Shown one piece after another: positions 52,173 to 57,212 of a DNA stretch of 57,212 nucleotides. Both the position numbers and the translations under genes were made by a program. The notes under the pieces are model-generated. The model made no database searches and was not told the DNA's origin. It saw only the letters and a list, made by a program, of their open reading frames with translations. Source of the stretch: Octopus bimaculoides (taxonomy: Eukaryota); assembly GCF_001194135.2 (NCBI RefSeq), contig NC_068984.1, positions 142,431,433 to 142,488,644 on the forward strand, given 5' to 3'. Each line of letters begins with the position of its first letter. Within the stretch, counting starts at the first letter, position 1.

Positions 52173-52280
52173 CTTGCCTTTTAATGAGGTAAATCCTGGA
52201 GTCGATTCGCTCAATTAAAGACGGTGTTCCAGCAAAGCCGATGTCAAATGACTGAAACAAATAAAACAATAAAAGAATAT
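52171..52280 (+). mobile_element. SINE family A, 3' end
   Basis: cctggagtcgattcgctcaattaaagacggtgttccagca...gtcaaatgactgaaacaaataaaacaataaaagaata. Confidence 0.75.
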
Positions 52281-52306
52281 GCAAACACATACCTACCTAC
52301 CTACAT

Positions 52307-52384
<78 letters not shown>

Positions 52385-52810
52385 ATATTAAATTTGTTTA
52401 CGGGAAATGTTTTCAATGTGCAAATAAAGCTTCTATACCATTATGCACGCAACAGTGTAGTGTTTACAAATTCCATCCAAGGATTCTTGTTATTATTATT
52501 ATATTTATCTTACATTATATCAGTACCTTATATTCAATATTTCGGGTTTATGACCCTATTTTCAAGAAATGGATGAATGTTGCCAATGTCCGTGTGTGTG
52601 AGCGTGTGTTGCGTGGACAAGCGCAGGAGGATGTTGCTATAGCAACCAGCTAGCTTCCTGTAACTCTCTTCTGTTGTTGATCTTAGGTTTCTTTTGGTGA
52701 AAGAGGATACACTCTTGTACTTCCTGTATTTAATAAATTTTACATATTGATCTAACTTACTTATATCTACATTTACTTTTATTTAAATACACACACACAC
52801 ACACACACGC

Positions 52811-52874
<64 letters not shown>

Positions 52875-52972
52875 GTCTATCTCTGCATATAACTTGATAT
52901 ACATACATACAGTATATAATAAACTCACCCATACATTGTTCACATATTATTGCATGTATGTAAATATTTACA

Positions 52973-53020
<48 letters not shown>

Positions 53021-53440
53021 ATGCATACACTAGCTGTTTGCAGATTAAGTATTTATACAGAAAGAAAATCTGGATGCTAAAAGCAATGTTAATCTGAAGG
53101 CTTTAGGTGATCTTTCGTAGGCTTACGAAGCTTAATTCTGCACTCTGCACGTTACATAAGGATGAAACCATCGCTGATGTACAATGCGTTTACATTCTTG
53201 TAATGACAACGAGCAGCTCCATAGCAATGGTGTATTTCGAGAGAAATCCATTGGTACTGGATTCGGCGTTTGTAGAACCTTCGCTTTCAGCAATCACACA
53301 CACACGCACATACACATGCATGCATACACACGCAAAAGCCCACCCACACCCACACACGCGCGCAATACACAAACACATTTAGTGCATGCTTGTATGTATT
53401 TTAAAACTGACATATATATATATATATAATACATACATAC

Positions 53441-53471
<31 letters not shown>

Positions 53472-53654
53472 TATACGTAGATTTATGTATATATATATAT
53501 AGCTATATCTATGTATAAATATACGTATGTATGTATACATATGCATACATACACCTACACACGCACACACATATATACATACATAGATTTATGTATATAT
53601 ATATAGCTATATCTATGTATAAATATATGTATGGATACATATGTATGCAGACTC

Positions 53655-53705
<51 letters not shown>

Positions 53706-53860
53706 TATATATATATATATATATATACATATCCATAAATCTATATATATATATAAATAGTAGGGTAGAAAAATGAATATTAATTAATATCAATTAAATA
53801 CCAGGAAACTAGCACATTAAAAGAATCAGGAGATTCAGAAAAAAATATCTTCGATTATTG

Positions 53861-53939
<79 letters not shown>

Positions 53940-53976
53940 CTATATCAATGTATAAATATATGTATGTATGTATGTA

Positions 53977-54179
53977 TATCTGTAAAAATATGTGACACTT
54001 ATTCGGTAGCCATGATAAAACTCCGAGTTTCGGATGCTGCGGTGGGAGCCCACGCCAACATCTCTTCAGTTATCCGGCCATTGAAAATTCCTGTGAATTC
54101 ACAGGAATTTTCAATGGCCGGATCGAAACTCGGAGTTTTATCATGGCTACCGAATAAATGTCACATATTTTTACAGATA
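53977..54179. repeat. fold-back: 56-bp outer arms (1 mismatch), perfect 52-bp central palindrome and a 39-nt one-sided insert
   Basis: Arms 53977-54032 and 54124-54179; palindrome 54072-54123 centred on gaattc. Confidence 0.92.
54014..54074 (-). ncRNA. type I hammerhead ribozyme, CUGAAGA/GAAA core, GUU site
   Basis: Minus RNA GAUAA-CUGAAGA-GAUGUUG-GC-GUGGG(CU)CCCAC-CG-CAGCAUC-C-GAA-ACUC(G)GAGU-U-UUAUC: stem I 5 bp, long stem II, near-palindromic stem III. Confidence 0.78.
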
Positions 54180-54972
54180 AATTCCTCTACATAATATCGA
54201 AGTGTCTTTCTTTCTTTTGTTGTCCTTTCTATCAAAAATGTATGTATGTATACATATATGTAACGGCATGGCCGCAGTCAACGGACTGAAAGAAGTAGAA
54301 GAATAAAAGACACGTATATTTATTCTTTTCCAAAATACATATCCATTATGAACTTCTGGTTACGAATGCGCAGTGATGTGTAGTAACTTCCTTTATGCTC
54401 TCCCCTACTGGAATGAATTGCTCACGACCGGAGTACAGTTATACGCATGCGCGAATACTAATAGTCTGTCATACGAATTCTTACGTGGCAAAGCTTGCAT
54501 GTTCCAACATCTCTGCAACTTCATTTGCTCTTTTTGTGCAGCATAAACTATTCCATAAATTTCATTAATATTCTGTGTCTTTCTTCCACTTCGTTAATAC
54601 TAATAATGTTTTGTTTTAACGCTGGTTCAGTTGTTGGCGAAGTTTTGTACGAAATAGTTTGCACTTTCGACAGACGAATTCTTTGCCAGCGTCGTAAAAA
54701 GAATGAATATTTAATTGATTTAACACCTGTTAAAATACATTTTATGTTCTTCTTTTGCACCAAAAGTAATATTAAGCTTACGTTGCTATTAAATCTCTAC
54801 ACGTCGGTTCGCGTCCCTTCACTTCCTTTCGTAAAAGAGCAAAGTCTCCGGTCATGAAAATAGATAGTGTGTCTGTATACACACAGGCATTAAAACACGA
54901 ACGCACACACACACATACACGTACGAACGAACACTCTGTCACACATACCCATATATATATATAAATAGATAA

Positions 54973-55230
54973 TACAGAATGGTACAAGAACACAAGACAC
55001 CCAGACAGTTAGGTGATACAAGAACGGGACAACAAAACATCCAGACAGACGATACAAAGAAAACACGGACAGGTCATTCGGAGTTTTCTTTCTTCAGTCG
55101 AGATCCAGATTATCTTTGCAATTTCGGCTGGTTACTTTCGAGATTGCTCTAATCTGGCCAGCCACAAGGGAAAACTAAGCTAAGAGCATTAGATTCCTTG
55201 GAAGAAAGCAGCGAATGTATAAAAAATACA
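54973..55230 (+). mobile_element. repeat family G copy starting at a (TA)n tract
   Basis: acaacaaaacatccagacagacgatacaaagaaaac...gtcattcggag...ccagattatctttgcaatttcggctgg is homologous to 10786-11008. Confidence 0.8.
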
Positions 55231-55409
55231 TTGTTCGCTTTGTCCGACTAAAGACAAATAAAATTAAGCAGGCGTATATGGAAATAAGGCCTTACAGCCG
55301 GGATACAAAATTTCACACGCACAGGGATAAATAACGATGTTGCACGCACAACAGCCGTCCAAAAAAGAAAGGTCAAACTTGGCGGAACACCGGTTACGTG
55401 GAAGAGAGA

Positions 55410-55640
55410 ATGCGCAAAAAAAAAGAAAAGAAAAGACGAAGACAGGTGGTGTAGACGTCAAACAGAGGTATTAGCTTAATGCTCGGGAAATGAAAAAGTC
55501 TTTAACGTTTCGAGCCTACGCTCTTCTACAGAAAGAAACGAGGAGAGAAAATAAAGAATGTGTAGTGGCTACCGATCTATCATGGCGATTGCCGGAGAGA
55601 GGTCACACAGGAGAGCTAGGAAGAAGGGGAGATAATAAAG
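55410..55640 (-). mobile_element. repeat family F copy with hammerhead-like fold at 55499-55536 (core CUGUAGA)
   Basis: Minus RNA UCUUU-CUGUAGA-A-GAGC(GUAG)GCUC-GAA-ACGU-U-AAAGA; the flanks match the 29275 and 32691 copies. Confidence 0.8.
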
Positions 55641-55801
55641 AACTGGTGATCCCAAAACGTGCGCGTGCGTGTGTATAAGAGAGAATGTATATATATATAT
55701 AAACGTATACCGTAGTAAATATTCTTTCAACGATCTTTTTACCTAAAGTATGATACATATATGGGTATTTCATTTGTAAGCTGCTTCTATTGCATATATC
55801 A

Positions 55802-55864
<63 letters not shown>

Positions 55865-55958
55865 NNNNNNNNNNNNNNNNNNNNNNNNNNNNNNNNNNNN
55901 NNNNNNNNNNNNNNNNNNNNNNNNNNNNNNNNNNNNNNNNNNNNNNNNNNNNNNNNNN

Positions 55959-56029
<71 letters not shown>

Positions 56030-56496
56030 TCAGATATATATTAATTCAATATTTATTTATTTATATATACATATATGTATATCCTTATATGTGTATTCAC
56101 TTATAAACGTACCCCCCCCCACATATATATACATATACACACACACACAATCATGCATACTATTTTTTTCCAAATTTCTTAATGTTACAAATCCCATAAC
56201 ATCTTATAGAACAGCGTTACTATTGTCACCCCATGACGTCATCATTCTCCTCCCTTCCCTTTCCTCATTGCAGTCATGAATATCTGCCACCATCATCATC
56301 GCCTATTTCACTCCTACCACTCCTTCCACCACCACCACAAGAACAACAAGAACAACAACAACACCTCCGTCGATACACAGGTATCAATGCTTCTCTTGAA
56401 GACATTTATTATATTTCACATTACATGTCACAGAAAATTGTCTACTCAACTACATGACAATCACACCATTGTTGCCTTCATCTCTATAATTCACTA

Positions 56497-56576
<80 letters not shown>

Positions 56577-57167
56577 AAAAGAGAGAGAGAGTAAGGGAGA
56601 GAGCATATTAGAAAGTGGAGGTATGTATACAGTTCACACCCGTATGTATACGAATGCACACACAGATTCAAGGCGAAGTATAATAAAATGGTTTTGCTTA
56701 GCTATAATAAAATCGGGTGGTGTCTGCTTCTGCGTGACATACTAGCCAAATACTACTTTCTAAGATTCTTTTTATTGATCAAACAAATGAATCCTCGTTG
56801 TCATATGACGGAGAAGCTCGAAATACACAAATGTAATAAAACTACAAATCGACATATATAATATATTCTCAAATGCAATGTGAAACCGGTTATGTAGTTC
56901 CTCTTTTTCTACTGTCGATGAAGGATAAAGGAAAATTTATGCCCTGGGCTATATATTTCGAGAAAATGTTTATGTATGTATATATGTGAACATCTTCATC
57001 TACGTACCTGTGTCTAAGTATGTGTATATCTTCATGCTTGCGAGAGTATGCGCGTACAGAGGTATATCCCAATTATTTCAACTTCTTGACTGTGAAATTC
57101 GATGTTTATAAGCGGGTATGATAGTTCATATATGTATTAATGCAAGTGTACATATATATATACACGT

Positions 57168-57212
<45 letters not shown>

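Noticed and set aside
54350-54470. NRF1-like acgcatgcgcg and nearby CpG-richer sequence as a promoter
   Set aside because: A single short motif in a genome rich in (CA/TG/CG) repeats; no downstream gene was identified.
3624-56026. Long ORFs containing X runs or YI/HT/CV/LS repeats
   Set aside because: They are translations of N-gaps and microsatellites, not genes.
1-57212. CRISPR array, rRNA or prokaryotic operon
   Set aside because: No regularly spaced repeat-spacer structure, no rRNA-like sequence and no dense coding; the DNA is eukaryotic.

Overview
AT-rich eukaryotic DNA, saturated with microsatellites and broken by 15 N-gaps that mostly abut microsatellites. The repeat content points to a cephalopod, probably Octopus (inference, not a database result). 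I found no intact host protein-coding gene, rRNA, tRNA gene or CRISPR array; almost all long ORFs in the track are microsatellite or N-gap artefacts. The window is a layered transposon graveyard. It holds many tRNA-derived SINEs (several with clear target-site duplications) and a decayed Penelope-like element (RT motifs) with two nested insertions. It also holds RTE- and R4/Dong-type LINE fragments, a Helitron Rep N-terminus, a Tc1 transposase fragment, and hAT- and pogo-type MITEs. The most notable signal is RNA-structural. Three sequence-unrelated repeat families each carry a minimal type I hammerhead-ribozyme fold with a palindromic stem III (43440-43485, 54014-54074, and a multi-copy family whose core reads CUGUNGA instead of CUGANGA). 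These co-occur with fold-back palindromes and (TA)n-anchored insertions, as expected for Penelope-derived or retrozyme-like elements. A second signal is that two SINE heads and two SINE tails occur in all four combinations. All folds and alignments were done by eye; none of the ribozymes has been tested.
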